Notes: a model not told the origin generated them from the letters alone. Shown: positions 44,303-54,124, counted from the stretch's first letter. The stretch is DNA of 64,000 nt from Candidatus Poribacteria bacterium (GCA_028824125.1 JAPPES010000140.1:29359-93358); one strand, 5' to 3'. Program-made: numbers and translations.

Positions 44303-45436
44303 ATGTTGAAAGAAATGAATATGAAGCAAACAGGACTTATTTTTTTTATAATTGTTTTCTTTAGTGTCCAACCGCTGTTTGGGCAGTTACCAGATTCGCA
44401 AACTGAGCCTTCTTCTCCACCTACGCAAGAAGAAAAACCTGTGGAGAACGACAAAGAGGACACGGAACTCGTTTCACCATCCAATAATGAGAAACAGGAG
44501 ACCGAAAACGCACCACAATCTACACCTGAAGAAATCCCTGTAGATAGCGACAAACAAGAGGCAATATCTAATAGTGAGAAAGTAGAAACCGAAGAACAGC
44601 TTGATGCATCGGATCCAACACTGCCAAAATGGCAAGGGCGGCAGCGGATTTTCAAACTTGTTAACGATTATCAGTTAAAAGCAGATGACGTCATCACAAC
44701 GCTTGTGATGATTGCCGGTGACGCGACTATACAAGGGACAGTAACAGGAAATATTTTAATAATCGGTGGAGATGTTGCGCTCGCGCCTGGTGCACAAGTG
44801 AAAGGAATGCTAAAGGTAATTGGAGGGCAGATAACTGGAAACCTTGAATCAGCAAAGAATTCCAGTGTGAGTAACCATTGGAGAACCTTACCTGCTGTAG
44901 CGAATGTGTTGATGCATCCTCATACTGTTTGGGATATCAAAAAACATCGGAATTTTCGCTTGACGACCTTAAAATTCGCCCTTCTACTTTTGACATACCT
45001 GTTAATTGCGCTGGTATTTCCAAGACCGATAAATGCGATAAGTTCACTGCTGGCCCGTAGACCGATTGAGTGTATTCTATTTAGCATTTTAATGTTTGTT
45101 GTTATTCCAGCAGTTTTTGTTGTCCTAATACTTTCCATTATAGGATATCCGTTCTTGTTGCTGTGCATTTGCCTTTTGGTGCCGTTGGCATTATGTGGAA
45201 AAGCGGCAATTTTTTTCACACTTGGCAGCACACTTCTTGCCGGACGTTTAAAACCGCTTGCAGTTATTTTTGGCTTTATACCTTACTTCATGGCAACTGA
45301 AATTCCACATGTGGACTGGATAGCCTTCCTTACTTTTAATGGCATAGGTATTAGTCTCTGTATACTGGCAATCTTAAGTGCCACGTCATCACAAAGGCAA
45401 GGCAAAAACACCCATTGGTCTGAAAGGGCGCGCTAA
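44303..45436 (+). CDS. Membrane protein with acidic linker, bactofilin-like beta-helical segment and C-terminal TM bundle
   Basis: The signal/anchor is MKQTGLIFFIIVFFSV; alternative starts are 44315 and 44321. A Glu/Pro/Ser-rich region is followed by MIAGDATIQGTVTGNILIIGGDVALAPGAQVKGMLKVIGGQITGN and about 5 TM helices. Confidence 0.6.
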   Translation: MLKEMNMKQTGLIFFIIVFFSVQPLFGQLPDSQTEPSSPPTQEEKPVENDKEDTELVSPSNNEKQETENAPQSTPEEIPVDSDKQEAISNSEKVETEEQLDASDPTLPKWQGRQRIFKLVNDYQLKADDVITTLVMIAGDATIQGTVTGNILIIGGDVALAPGAQVKGMLKVIGGQITGNLESAKNSSVSNHWRTLPAVANVLMHPHTVWDIKKHRNFRLTTLKFALLLLTYLLIALVFPRPINAISSLLARRPIECILFSILMFVVIPAVFVVLILSIIGYPFLLLCICLLVPLALCGKAAIFFTLGSTLLAGRLKPLAVIFGFIPYFMATEIPHVDWIAFLTFNGIGISLCILAILSATSSQRQGKNTHWSERAR

Positions 45437-45438
45437 TA

Positions 45439-46440
45439 ATGCATCTTCAATCCCCTATTTTTCTCAGCCTATTCTTCATACTACCACTGTTGATAATATA
45501 CCTATGGTGGATACGAAAACACGCAACTTTGCATGCTATTCGCTTCAGTGAACTTGAAGGTGTCCGACAAATTCCGAAAACGTCCGCTGTCAAACTACTA
45601 CCGTTGCTCAAAGTAATTAGGTTCATCGTAATAGCACTTCTTATTTTTACCCTTGCGCGTCCACAACTCTCCCAAAGTCAGGAGCGGCGTTTCGTGGAAG
45701 GCATTCATATTTTTTTGGCACTTGATGTTTCTGAAAGTATGCGGGCAGAGGATTTTAAGAACGCCAATCGGCTCCAAACAGCGAAATCGGTTATTCGAGA
45801 TTTTTTGAGGAACCGTGAAAGCGATCAGATCGGATTAGTCGTCTTTCCAGGGGAAAGTTTCACACTTTGCCCGCTCACACTGGATTATCCATTTTTGATA
45901 GAAAGACTTGATGACGTGGAAATTGCCATGGGAGGTCAGTTAAAAGACGGCACAGCTATCGGTGATGCAATCGCCACTGCTACATATCGGCTACGTGATT
46001 CAGAGGCAAAGACAAAAATTGCCATTCTTTTAACTGATGGTGAAAACAATGTCGGCACAATTGACCCTAAAACAGCAGCATCGTTAGCACAATCTTTTGA
46101 TATTAAGGTTTACACCATCGGCATGGGTAAAGAAGGAGGCGCGCGTATCCCTTATGAGGATACTACATTTGGAAAGCGATATCGAGAGGAATTAACCTAT
46201 CTTGATGAAGACACACTCAAACAGATTGCTAACACGACTGGTGCCCGTTATTTTCGCGCTACGGACGTAGAATCGTTAAAAAATATTTATGCAGAAATCG
46301 ATAAACTCGAAAAGACAAAATTTAAGGTTGTTAACTATACTGAACGTAAAGAATTAGCAGCGTATTTTCTAATACCTGCAGCCCTTCTGTTAGGGCTTGA
46401 AATTGTATTGAGTAATACGATTTTAAGAAAAATCCCATAG
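45439..46440 (+). CDS. VWA-domain membrane protein (BatA-like)
   Basis: N-terminal TM helices are present. The MIDAS motif is LALDVSESM, followed by ILLTDGENN. There is a C-terminal TM helix. The start is 2 nt after the upstream stop. Confidence 0.8.
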   Translation: MHLQSPIFLSLFFILPLLIIYLWWIRKHATLHAIRFSELEGVRQIPKTSAVKLLPLLKVIRFIVIALLIFTLARPQLSQSQERRFVEGIHIFLALDVSESMRAEDFKNANRLQTAKSVIRDFLRNRESDQIGLVVFPGESFTLCPLTLDYPFLIERLDDVEIAMGGQLKDGTAIGDAIATATYRLRDSEAKTKIAILLTDGENNVGTIDPKTAASLAQSFDIKVYTIGMGKEGGARIPYEDTTFGKRYREELTYLDEDTLKQIANTTGARYFRATDVESLKNIYAEIDKLEKTKFKVVNYTERKELAAYFLIPAALLLGLEIVLSNTILRKIP

Positions 46441-46478
46441 AACCACTATCATTTCCAATCAATCTCAAGGAGATTATT

Positions 46479-47240
46479 ATGAAAAACATTATTGCATGTA
46501 ATTTAGGTAGTTATCGGCAGTTCGGAGCAAATGCTTATTCACATTTAGCAGAAATCGGTCTAACTAATGTAGAGATCGGTGTGCCTTCGGCTGATTCAAT
46601 TGACACAGTACAGGCGGACTTGAAAGCTCACGGACTTACTGCTACAAGTTTAACCGGCAGTTGCGATGTGAAATCAGACACGGTTGTTGATGATTTTCAA
46701 ACGACGTTAGATGTCGCAAACGAGATGGGTGTGAAGGTTATTTTTATAAGCGTTCATGCTGGTGAAACAGACCGAAACGTTGTATATGATCGTCTCCGTG
46801 CTATTGGTGAAAATGCTGAACCGTTGGGTGTTAAAGTGTGTTTAGAAACGCATCCAGATATGGCACACAACGGGGACATCGCGCTTGAGACAATGAAAGG
46901 CGTTAATCACCCGAATATATGCATCAACTTTGATACAGGTAACGTCTATTATTACAACCATAACGTGACGGCTGTTACAGAGGTGCAAAAAATTGTTGAA
47001 TATGTTGGTGCAGTTCATCTTAAAGATACAAATGGCGGTTATCGGACGTGGCATTTTCCAACCCTCGGAGAAGGTGTAGTTGATTACAAAGCCGTATTTC
47101 AGACACTAAACGATGCGGGTTTTTATGGACCCTTCACGATGGAATTAGAAGGGATTGAGGGTGAGAATCTTGATGAAGCAGGTGTTAAGGCTCGCGTTGC
47201 AGATTCACTACAACACCTTAAAGACATTGGGGTCATCTAA
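46479..47240 (+). CDS. Sugar phosphate isomerase/epimerase (xylose isomerase-like TIM barrel)
   Basis: Family-typical blocks are VCLETHPD, INFDTGNVYY and HLKD. A GGAG Shine-Dalgarno lies upstream. Confidence 0.75.
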   Translation: MKNIIACNLGSYRQFGANAYSHLAEIGLTNVEIGVPSADSIDTVQADLKAHGLTATSLTGSCDVKSDTVVDDFQTTLDVANEMGVKVIFISVHAGETDRNVVYDRLRAIGENAEPLGVKVCLETHPDMAHNGDIALETMKGVNHPNICINFDTGNVYYYNHNVTAVTEVQKIVEYVGAVHLKDTNGGYRTWHFPTLGEGVVDYKAVFQTLNDAGFYGPFTMELEGIEGENLDEAGVKARVADSLQHLKDIGVI

Positions 47241-47614
47241 TGGATACGAATCTTTGTATCATTCGGCTCGGTGAGGGTGAACGGGTCGGCAGTGCGCTCG
47301 GAGAAATCTTGGACACCCCAGATATGACAACGATTGGACCTTTTGCTGTCTCTAAGGAACATCCGACTGAGCTGCATTTCCACGATTTTGATGAGTACTG
47401 GTATTTTACGGAAGGCACGACAACGGTAACGCTCCGGACCGCTGATGGCCAATCCAAGTCCTATCGCATCCGTCCAGGGGATTTAGTCGTCACTCCGAAA
47501 GGTGTTGAACATGGACACATTCCAGACGATGTTGTTAAAGGTGTGCAATGGGTAAGTGTGATTCATCCTGATACACGCCGTGGGCATTTGCACCGAGAAT
47601 TCCCATCGGTATAA
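47240..47614 (+). CDS. Cupin-domain protein
   Basis: A small beta-barrel pattern with the His-containing blocks ELHFHDFDEYWY and PKGVEHGH. The start overlaps the upstream stop by 1 nt. Confidence 0.65.
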   Translation: MDTNLCIIRLGEGERVGSALGEILDTPDMTTIGPFAVSKEHPTELHFHDFDEYWYFTEGTTTVTLRTADGQSKSYRIRPGDLVVTPKGVEHGHIPDDVVKGVQWVSVIHPDTRRGHLHREFPSV

Positions 47615-47658
47615 AGTTGTAGGCATATCTTGTTGTGCAGTAACACGGATAATAGAAA

Positions 47659-48267
47659 ATGAATACAACAATCTTTACCAAACGCGAGATTAAACAAACG
47701 CTTCTCAGCCATCAGAACACGCTGAGAACATACGGTGTGAAACGCCTTGGACTTTTTGGATCCTATGTTAAAGACACCGCTCATAGCGAAAGTGACATCG
47801 ATCTGCTTGTAGAACTTGAGGAAGTGTCATTTGATCGATATATGGAGCTCCGTATTTTTCTTGAGGACCTATTTCAGGAAAAGATTGACCTCGTCATCGC
47901 TGATTCGCTCAAACCACGTTTGCGCCCACATATCGAAAAGGAAGTTGAGGAGGATATATTAGAGGCAATAGATAGGATTCAAGAATATGTCCAGGATGTT
48001 ACACGCGAGACCTTTGAAACGGATCGGATGCGAATTGACGCGGTCATCCGAAACCTTGAAGTTATTGGTGAGGCTGTTAAACAGGTGCCTGGTTCCGTTC
48101 GAGAAAAGTATCCAAGTGTCGCATGGCGGAAGATTGCTGGGTTGAGAGACATCCTCATGCACAAATATTTTGATGCCAATCTTGAGATTGTCTGGGGTGT
48201 GGCGCAATCAAATATTCCGATTTTGAAGACAGAAATCCAACAGATCCTTCAAGAGAAAAGTGAATAA
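47659..48267 (+). CDS. Single-chain MntA-like nucleotidyltransferase fused to HepT-like (DUF86) HEPN domain
   Basis: The MNT motif is LGLFGSYVKDTAHSESDIDLLVEL. It is joined without a stop codon to a DUF86 domain (ILEAIDRIQEYV...VIRNLEVIGEAVKQVP...LRDILMHKYFD, which matches Rx4HxY). Confidence 0.8.
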   Translation: MNTTIFTKREIKQTLLSHQNTLRTYGVKRLGLFGSYVKDTAHSESDIDLLVELEEVSFDRYMELRIFLEDLFQEKIDLVIADSLKPRLRPHIEKEVEEDILEAIDRIQEYVQDVTRETFETDRMRIDAVIRNLEVIGEAVKQVPGSVREKYPSVAWRKIAGLRDILMHKYFDANLEIVWGVAQSNIPILKTEIQQILQEKSE

Positions 48268-48302
48268 TTCTATAGCGCACGCTCATTAAAAAAGGTGAAA
48301 TT

Positions 48303-49202
48303 ATGTCAACACCAAAACATCCGCTGCCCTTGCGGCGGTTAGGACGCACAGAATTAGATGTCACATGCCTCAGTATGGGTGGTGCTGGTATCGGCAGAGG
48401 GGAAGTCACCGATGATGAAGCGATAGAGGCAGTCCGCTGTGCTATTACATTAGGCATAAATTATCTTGATACGTCACCTCTTTACGGTGAGAGCGAAAGA
48501 CGGGTTGGACTGGCACTTGCAGATGGATGGCGTGAGAAGATTTTTCTTGCTACGAAAACGGGGACACACCCAAAATGGCGAGGTGATTACAGCGCTGCCG
48601 GCACCCGTCGTAGTGTAGAAAATAGTCTCCGTCTGTTGGGGACTGATTACCTGGATGTTTGCTTAGTGCATGACCCGTCAAGTATGGATCCGGTTGTTGC
48701 CAAAGAAGGTGCTTTAGATGAACTACAGCGGATGCGTGAGGAAGGATTGGTTAAATTCATCGGTCTCGGTGTCCGAGAACATGAATTCCATAAGATTGCT
48801 ATAGAAACAGGGACAGTTGATGTCATCCTAACCCATTTGGATTATACGTTACTTAGCCAAACTGCAAATGAGTGGTTATTATCCTTTGCTTATGAAAACG
48901 ACATTGGTGTCATCAACGGCAGTCCTTTGGGAATGGCGTTACTGACGGGACTGGAACCGGATCTCGGAAACAAATCACCTGATGCAGAAAAAGCACATCA
49001 ACTCTGGCAGTGGGCAACTGATAACAATTTGAATTTGCTGAACCTTGCTATCCAATTTTCCTTACGTCAGCCGCTAATTGCAACAACCTTGACAGGTTCC
49101 AAGAATGCGACAGAAGTAGAACAGAATTTCGCCGCTGCCACAACACCTGTTTCTGATGATGTTTGGGAAAAATATAATAGGAGATTTACAAATGAAAAAT
49201 AG
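48303..49202 (+). CDS. Aldo/keto reductase
   Basis: Motifs are LGRTELDVTCLSMGGAGIG, INYLDTSPLYGESE and YLDVCLVHDP. Confidence 0.85.
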   Translation: MSTPKHPLPLRRLGRTELDVTCLSMGGAGIGRGEVTDDEAIEAVRCAITLGINYLDTSPLYGESERRVGLALADGWREKIFLATKTGTHPKWRGDYSAAGTRRSVENSLRLLGTDYLDVCLVHDPSSMDPVVAKEGALDELQRMREEGLVKFIGLGVREHEFHKIAIETGTVDVILTHLDYTLLSQTANEWLLSFAYENDIGVINGSPLGMALLTGLEPDLGNKSPDAEKAHQLWQWATDNNLNLLNLAIQFSLRQPLIATTLTGSKNATEVEQNFAAATTPVSDDVWEKYNRRFTNEK

Positions 49203-49983
49203 AATTTTCCATAAACGAAATCAGTTAAATCGTTACCTGATTTTAATCATCACGATTCTCAGTGTAGTTTCACTAATCAGTTGTGACGAAGCAACCGTTT
49301 TTGGTAGAAATATCTACTACAACAATAATCAGTGCACACTTACTGAAGATGAAACTACAATCTATTTCACTTGTAAAATTTTCTCAAAAATCGACTTCGA
49401 AGAAGGTGAACCTGTTTACTATGGAAGTATCGCACACATAGACGATGTGTACGATGCTGATACAATAAGCAGAGTACTGATCCTTTTTCACGAGTATGAA
49501 TCCGGACCAATGCTGACGGATCTTGATGCTTGGCCAGGACTACAAAAACGTGAAGATGGTATCTATATTATTACAAATATCCGTGTTCAAGGAGTGGATG
49601 CAGCAGAAATAGAAAGGTCGAAAAAGTATCCCGAAGAAGAACGTGATCGTGCAAAGGAACGCGGATTCGAAGCAAGGGATTATCTAAGAAGTCTCGTCGA
49701 AGAATCCTTGATCGATGATTTTCCGCTCACAATAGAAATTCGAAATCCCGATTTCGGATCGTACCCAAGGCGAACGGTCGCGGATGTCTACCTTCATATC
49801 AATGGAGAAAGAATTTCAGTTGCAGAAAAACTCTTTGAAACTCGATACGCAGTTCCGTTCTCGTTTGACTATGATTTTCAGTGGGGACAACCGGAACTCG
49901 ATTTTGAATCATGGTACAGAATGCTTGGGATTGACGATCCTGTTACACCTGATATAGATGAAAGCATCCCCGAAAACGAATAA
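49192..49983 (+). CDS. Lipoprotein, thermonuclease (SNase)-like
   Basis: I chose the start at 49192 (MKNRIF), which has an AGGAG Shine-Dalgarno and overlaps the AKR stop. The lipobox-like sequence is VVSLISC. IRVQGVDAAEIERS...ERGFEARDYLRSLV resembles the SNase core. The call is tentative. Confidence 0.5.
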   Translation: MKNRIFHKRNQLNRYLILIITILSVVSLISCDEATVFGRNIYYNNNQCTLTEDETTIYFTCKIFSKIDFEEGEPVYYGSIAHIDDVYDADTISRVLILFHEYESGPMLTDLDAWPGLQKREDGIYIITNIRVQGVDAAEIERSKKYPEEERDRAKERGFEARDYLRSLVEESLIDDFPLTIEIRNPDFGSYPRRTVADVYLHINGERISVAEKLFETRYAVPFSFDYDFQWGQPELDFESWYRMLGIDDPVTPDIDESIPENE

Positions 49984-49985
49984 CC

Positions 49986-50102
49986 TTGACAGACCGTATC
50001 GTACGTGAGTTTGATTCACTAAAAATTATACTATTCGGTTCACAAACACGCGGAGATGCAAACGCAAATAGTGATGTAGATTCGTTTGTGGTATTCTCAT
50101 AA
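49986..50102 (+). pseudogene. Truncated MNT-type nucleotidyltransferase fragment
   Basis: The fragment translates as LTDRIVREFDSLKIILFGSQTRGDANANSDVDSFVVFS*. The GSxxRG...DxD motif is present, but only 38 codons remain and there is no proper start. Confidence 0.5.
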
Positions 50103-50272
50103 CTATACTATAGCGAAGCCATAATTATTTGGATACTACGAATCAACGCCTCATGCGCGTAGCAGAATACACTTAAGAAGAACTTGAACATAGACATAAT
50201 CAGATAGGGGCAGTATACCGTTATGCATAACAAAAAGGTAGGATACTCTGTGGAACATAGGAGAAGATATTA

Positions 50273-51022
50273 ATGAAATTTCAGGGAAAGGTTGCATTGG
50301 TAACCGGTGGAAGCCGCGGTATAGGGAAGGCAACTGCTCTCAAACTTGCAAGTGAAGGTGCGACCGTTGCAGTACACTATTCCCGATCAGCTGCTAAGGC
50401 GAAAAGAATCTGCGAACAGATTCATGTCTTGGGACAGAAAGCAATACCTGTCCAAGCCGACATCTCAGACAGAGAAGCAGTAAATAGAATGGTTGCGGTG
50501 GTAACAAAAGAACTTGACACAATAGAATTATTAGTAAACAACGCTGGCGATGTCGGTGATATGGTGTTTGACAAACTTACACCTGAACATTGGGATCGGA
50601 TAATCGCAATTAATTTAACCGGTCCCTTCAATGTGTTATGGGCAGTCAAGCCTGGGATGATCAAACAACAATTTGGACGTATCGTAAATGTATCGTCAAT
50701 AGCTGCGTTAGCAGTCCGCCCGAATCAATTGCCTTATGCAGCGGCGAAAGCTGGAATCATTTCTCTGACGAAATCGTGTTGTGGACCGCTTGCCCAGCAT
50801 AATATCCGCATCAATTCTGTAGCACCGGGTGCAATCGCGACAGATATGCTGAGCGAAGTTTCGCCAGAAATGGTGGAACAACTTCGATCAACTACTCCGC
50901 TTGGCAGGCTCGGTGAACCGGAGGAGATGGCGAATGTGATAGCGTTTCTCTTAAGCGAGGAATCCAGTTATATGACAGGGGCAACTGTGATTGCAAGTGG
51001 AGGGCGTATCCTCATACCGTAA
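50273..51022 (+). CDS. SDR-family oxidoreductase (FabG-like)
   Basis: Motifs are VALVTGGSRGIGKA, NNAG, and the YxxxK in YAAAKAG. Confidence 0.9.
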   Translation: MKFQGKVALVTGGSRGIGKATALKLASEGATVAVHYSRSAAKAKRICEQIHVLGQKAIPVQADISDREAVNRMVAVVTKELDTIELLVNNAGDVGDMVFDKLTPEHWDRIIAINLTGPFNVLWAVKPGMIKQQFGRIVNVSSIAALAVRPNQLPYAAAKAGIISLTKSCCGPLAQHNIRINSVAPGAIATDMLSEVSPEMVEQLRSTTPLGRLGEPEEMANVIAFLLSEESSYMTGATVIASGGRILIP

Positions 51023-52289
51023 GTACCAGTTCTGTTTCTCCTATTTCCAGATCGAAAGCAACATAAGTGTGCTTACCTTCACAGAAAAACGTGTCTCTCC
51101 GAAAATCGCGCCGAGAATGAACCTCGCGCAGATCCCATCCGTTTACTTGGATATGACGGACCGGTGTATCAATCGCTAACGTAAAGTTTGCAGTCGGAAA
51201 TTGTGTGCAAAGATTTATTTGCTGTTGTTCTTCAAGGACAGCAACGTCTGTGAATTCCCGTGCCATCCAATAATGTCCGATTTCCGATGTTTTCATCCAG
51301 AGCGTTTTTGTTCCATCAGGATCGTAATTATCTAACCTTGATTTGACGGTTTTTAAAACATCAAATCCGAGTTTTTCTCCATTAAAATAGAAACCGGGCC
51401 AATGTCCTACAAGGACACACGGCAGTTCCTTCTCAAGAATTGGTGGCAAGCGCCCGCCTTGTCCATCTTCTGTAATGAACTGATCAGCATTTCCTAAATC
51501 GTAACCTGTCCACCCGCCAAACCAATCGCCTGCACACGCTACAATACTTGCAATCGCACTCCCGTTTTTCTTGTCAACGTGCCAGATAGGTACATCTGGC
51601 AATTCATCGTGTTTAAGCCAAAGAAAATAGAAGGGGCGTGGATCGTTGTTGACCTCCTGCGATGCGGTTAACACTGCCTTCGAATATGCTGCCTCTTGTC
51701 GTTTACCAAATGCGCCAGGACTCGTTACACCTTCACACGGAATGCCAACATTATTTAACATTTCCATCGCAGTGATAATATAATCTGTCAGTTTATCAAT
51801 AGGCGGATCTACCCACTCAACCTGTTCCCATTCTTCAGTCAGTGAGAACGTATCTAAATCAACAACAGCGGTATGCGTGAGCATCTCCGGTGTTAAATCG
51901 AAGTTTGGCCAGATAATTTCTCTGTAAATCCGTAGCCACGACTGATATTCGTGTGTCGGACTTTTTTCGAAAACTTGGGCAGGAAACCCTTCATCAACGC
52001 GCCCAACTCCTGCAGGATAAGGAATAAGACTAAATTTGCCTTTCACACCGTTTTCCCAACACCATTCTGCCCACTCCCACGCAAAATCTGCAGGGATTGT
52101 TGGTGGCATTTTCTTATGTTGAGCCGCATCACCTTCCCATCGATCTGGCGGCACATTCGGTTGATGTCGTGCTTTCCACGCATGTCTTTGTTGTATCCAA
52201 TAGTAGGTCAGATTGATTACAGGACACGAATCGTCAACTATAAGGGATAATGGTGTTCTGAGGAGTGGGTTGCAGACGGTAACGTTCAT
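51012..52289 (-). CDS. Hypothetical protein (425 aa), Trp-rich, possibly carbohydrate-esterase-like
   Basis: This is a long ORF with backbone-like codon usage, and I recognise no firm motif. Its 3' end overlaps the convergent SDR gene by 11 nt. Confidence 0.6.
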   Translation of the reverse strand: MNVTVCNPLLRTPLSLIVDDSCPVINLTYYWIQQRHAWKARHQPNVPPDRWEGDAAQHKKMPPTIPADFAWEWAEWCWENGVKGKFSLIPYPAGVGRVDEGFPAQVFEKSPTHEYQSWLRIYREIIWPNFDLTPEMLTHTAVVDLDTFSLTEEWEQVEWVDPPIDKLTDYIITAMEMLNNVGIPCEGVTSPGAFGKRQEAAYSKAVLTASQEVNNDPRPFYFLWLKHDELPDVPIWHVDKKNGSAIASIVACAGDWFGGWTGYDLGNADQFITEDGQGGRLPPILEKELPCVLVGHWPGFYFNGEKLGFDVLKTVKSRLDNYDPDGTKTLWMKTSEIGHYWMAREFTDVAVLEEQQQINLCTQFPTANFTLAIDTPVRHIQVNGWDLREVHSRRDFRRDTFFCEGKHTYVAFDLEIGETELVLTV

Positions 52290-52307
52290 TCTTTTCTAAT
52301 CCTACGC

Positions 52308-53075
52308 TTATATTTCATTGGTAATTTGTTTAACACAGTTCCTGATATAAGGCACATCGTCTACCCATAGTCCTTGAATACCATTTTTTAGTGCCCAAGC
52401 AACATCCTGGGGTGTCAAGATAAATCCAGCTTCAACAACAATTCCTTTTGCACACAACTCATTAACTTGTCGTGGAATGGAACGTGTAAAGGCGTTGTAG
52501 ATTTCAAAATGATTGATTTTGTTCCAACCAAAGATGATACGGTTGGCATCAATCTCGGTGGCTGCTTTGAGAAAGTTTGCCATCGGATTAATGAAAATCA
52601 CGCTCGTCTGGAGTCGTGGTTCTAACCTTTTGGCATCAATAAATAATTGTTTCCGAAAGGAAAAGGTGAGAATACTGACGAGGTGAATGACACCAAAGTG
52701 ATGAATTCGTTCAATGATGATAGGGAGGAGTTCAGGTGTGTCCGATTTCGGTTCAACAAAACACGGCATCTGGTTTTCCTGTGCAAATCTAAGTGCGTCA
52801 TCAAGGTGTGCCACAGGTTCATCTGAGTTTTTTGATTTTAACTGCTGTACTTCTTTCCAGTTTAATCGACTGAGGGGCGTCGAGCATCCAGTGGCTTCGC
52901 GGATATCATATCGGTTAAAGTCAACATGAATCAGCACAGGTTGCTTATCTTGGGTGAGGCAGACATCACATTCAAATCCATCAGCACCGTCTGAGAGTGC
53001 TTGTTTAAAAGAGGTAAGTGTGTTTTCGGGTGCGCGTCCCAGGCCGCCGCGATGTGCCAGAAGTTGAAGTTTCAT
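52308..53075 (-). CDS. Glycerophosphodiester phosphodiesterase family protein
   Basis: Family-typical motifs are LLAHRGGLGRAPENT and GADGFECDVCLTQD. Confidence 0.75.
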   Translation of the reverse strand: MKLQLLAHRGGLGRAPENTLTSFKQALSDGADGFECDVCLTQDKQPVLIHVDFNRYDIREATGCSTPLSRLNWKEVQQLKSKNSDEPVAHLDDALRFAQENQMPCFVEPKSDTPELLPIIIERIHHFGVIHLVSILTFSFRKQLFIDAKRLEPRLQTSVIFINPMANFLKAATEIDANRIIFGWNKINHFEIYNAFTRSIPRQVNELCAKGIVVEAGFILTPQDVAWALKNGIQGLWVDDVPYIRNCVKQITNEI

Positions 53076-53509
53076 AAACTAATTTGTGCCGGATGTTCTC
53101 CCAAACTTAATAATGCTCTACGCAGATTTATCCGCTGTGGAAGATTCATATTCAGTGCTTCAGCTGTTGCCCTACCTGTCCGCGTACGACCTAAAATGAG
53201 GAGAAGGTCTTCACTCCACATAAAATGGCGATTCCAGTTTTTTAAACGAGGATTGAAGAGTGGAACACGTTGGCCTGTTTGTGGGTCTTGTGCGTGTGTT
53301 TTTGCATGTTTGTGGTTGTTACAACGCGGACATGCCCACGCTAAATTATCTAATGAATTAGTTCCACCCGTTTTTTGAGGAATGATATGTTCACAATGAA
53401 AAGAGGAGGTAGCAAAATTGTCAGGTGTTCTGCAATATTCACAAAATCCTTTCGCACGTCCTTGAACTTGTCGGCGTATACGAGCAGAAATACGATCAAC
53501 GGATATCAT
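53072..53509 (-). CDS. HNH endonuclease
   Basis: The HNH motif is CEYCRTP...FHCEHIIPQKTGGTNSLDNLAWACPRCNNHK. The start overlaps the upstream gene stop (ATGA), and the stop overlaps the GDPD start by 4 nt. Confidence 0.85.
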   Translation of the reverse strand: MISVDRISARIRRQVQGRAKGFCEYCRTPDNFATSSFHCEHIIPQKTGGTNSLDNLAWACPRCNNHKHAKTHAQDPQTGQRVPLFNPRLKNWNRHFMWSEDLLLILGRTRTGRATAEALNMNLPQRINLRRALLSLGEHPAQISL

Positions 53510-54006
53510 CCTTTACTATATTCCTGCCTTTTGGTTTCCGAATGAATTAATTGGGAAATAGATTCGTAATAATCGGGTTCATCATGTTGGGAAATATGTA
53601 GACCATATTCTGAGAGAATTTCGCTTGCTGGTTTTTTCCAACGATGTACTAAGATAGTGAGTGCTTCAAGACGTTTGACACTCATTTCTGCTAACTTTGT
53701 TAAAAAAGCCTCGTATTCAACCGTTTCGTCATCACATAAGTCTGTATCCTCTCGTTTAAGTCGCAATTCCCAATAACGTCGATTCTCTGTTTCCGGTAAA
53801 CGTGTGTTTTTCTTGATAAATGCTAATACCTCATCATCAGAGGCATCAGGATCGACGTTTTCATCTACTATGCTCTCCTGTTGTTGCTGCCATTCTGCTA
53901 ACTTCTGCGTGAATTCATCCAATTCGCCCGGCGATAACTGTTTAACGCTATTCAGTAAATGTTCTACTCTTAGTTCGGCGGGGACATCAACGATAGACAT
54001 TAGCAT
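53506..54006 (-). CDS. Acidic hypothetical protein translationally coupled to the HNH gene
   Basis: The 166-aa protein is helical and acidic (QQQQESIVDENVDPDASDDE). A GGAGG Shine-Dalgarno lies upstream. I recognise no motif. Confidence 0.6.
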   Translation of the reverse strand: MLMSIVDVPAELRVEHLLNSVKQLSPGELDEFTQKLAEWQQQQESIVDENVDPDASDDEVLAFIKKNTRLPETENRRYWELRLKREDTDLCDDETVEYEAFLTKLAEMSVKRLEALTILVHRWKKPASEILSEYGLHISQHDEPDYYESISQLIHSETKRQEYSKG

Positions 54007-54124
54007 TCCTCCGAGGATGTAATCATATAGTGATTAAAAACACTTTATTTGCGGTTTATATACCACAAGTTTAACACAGATTGTCGCAGGTTGCAAGTCG
54101 TTCTGTGTTGGAGTACGGAACATG

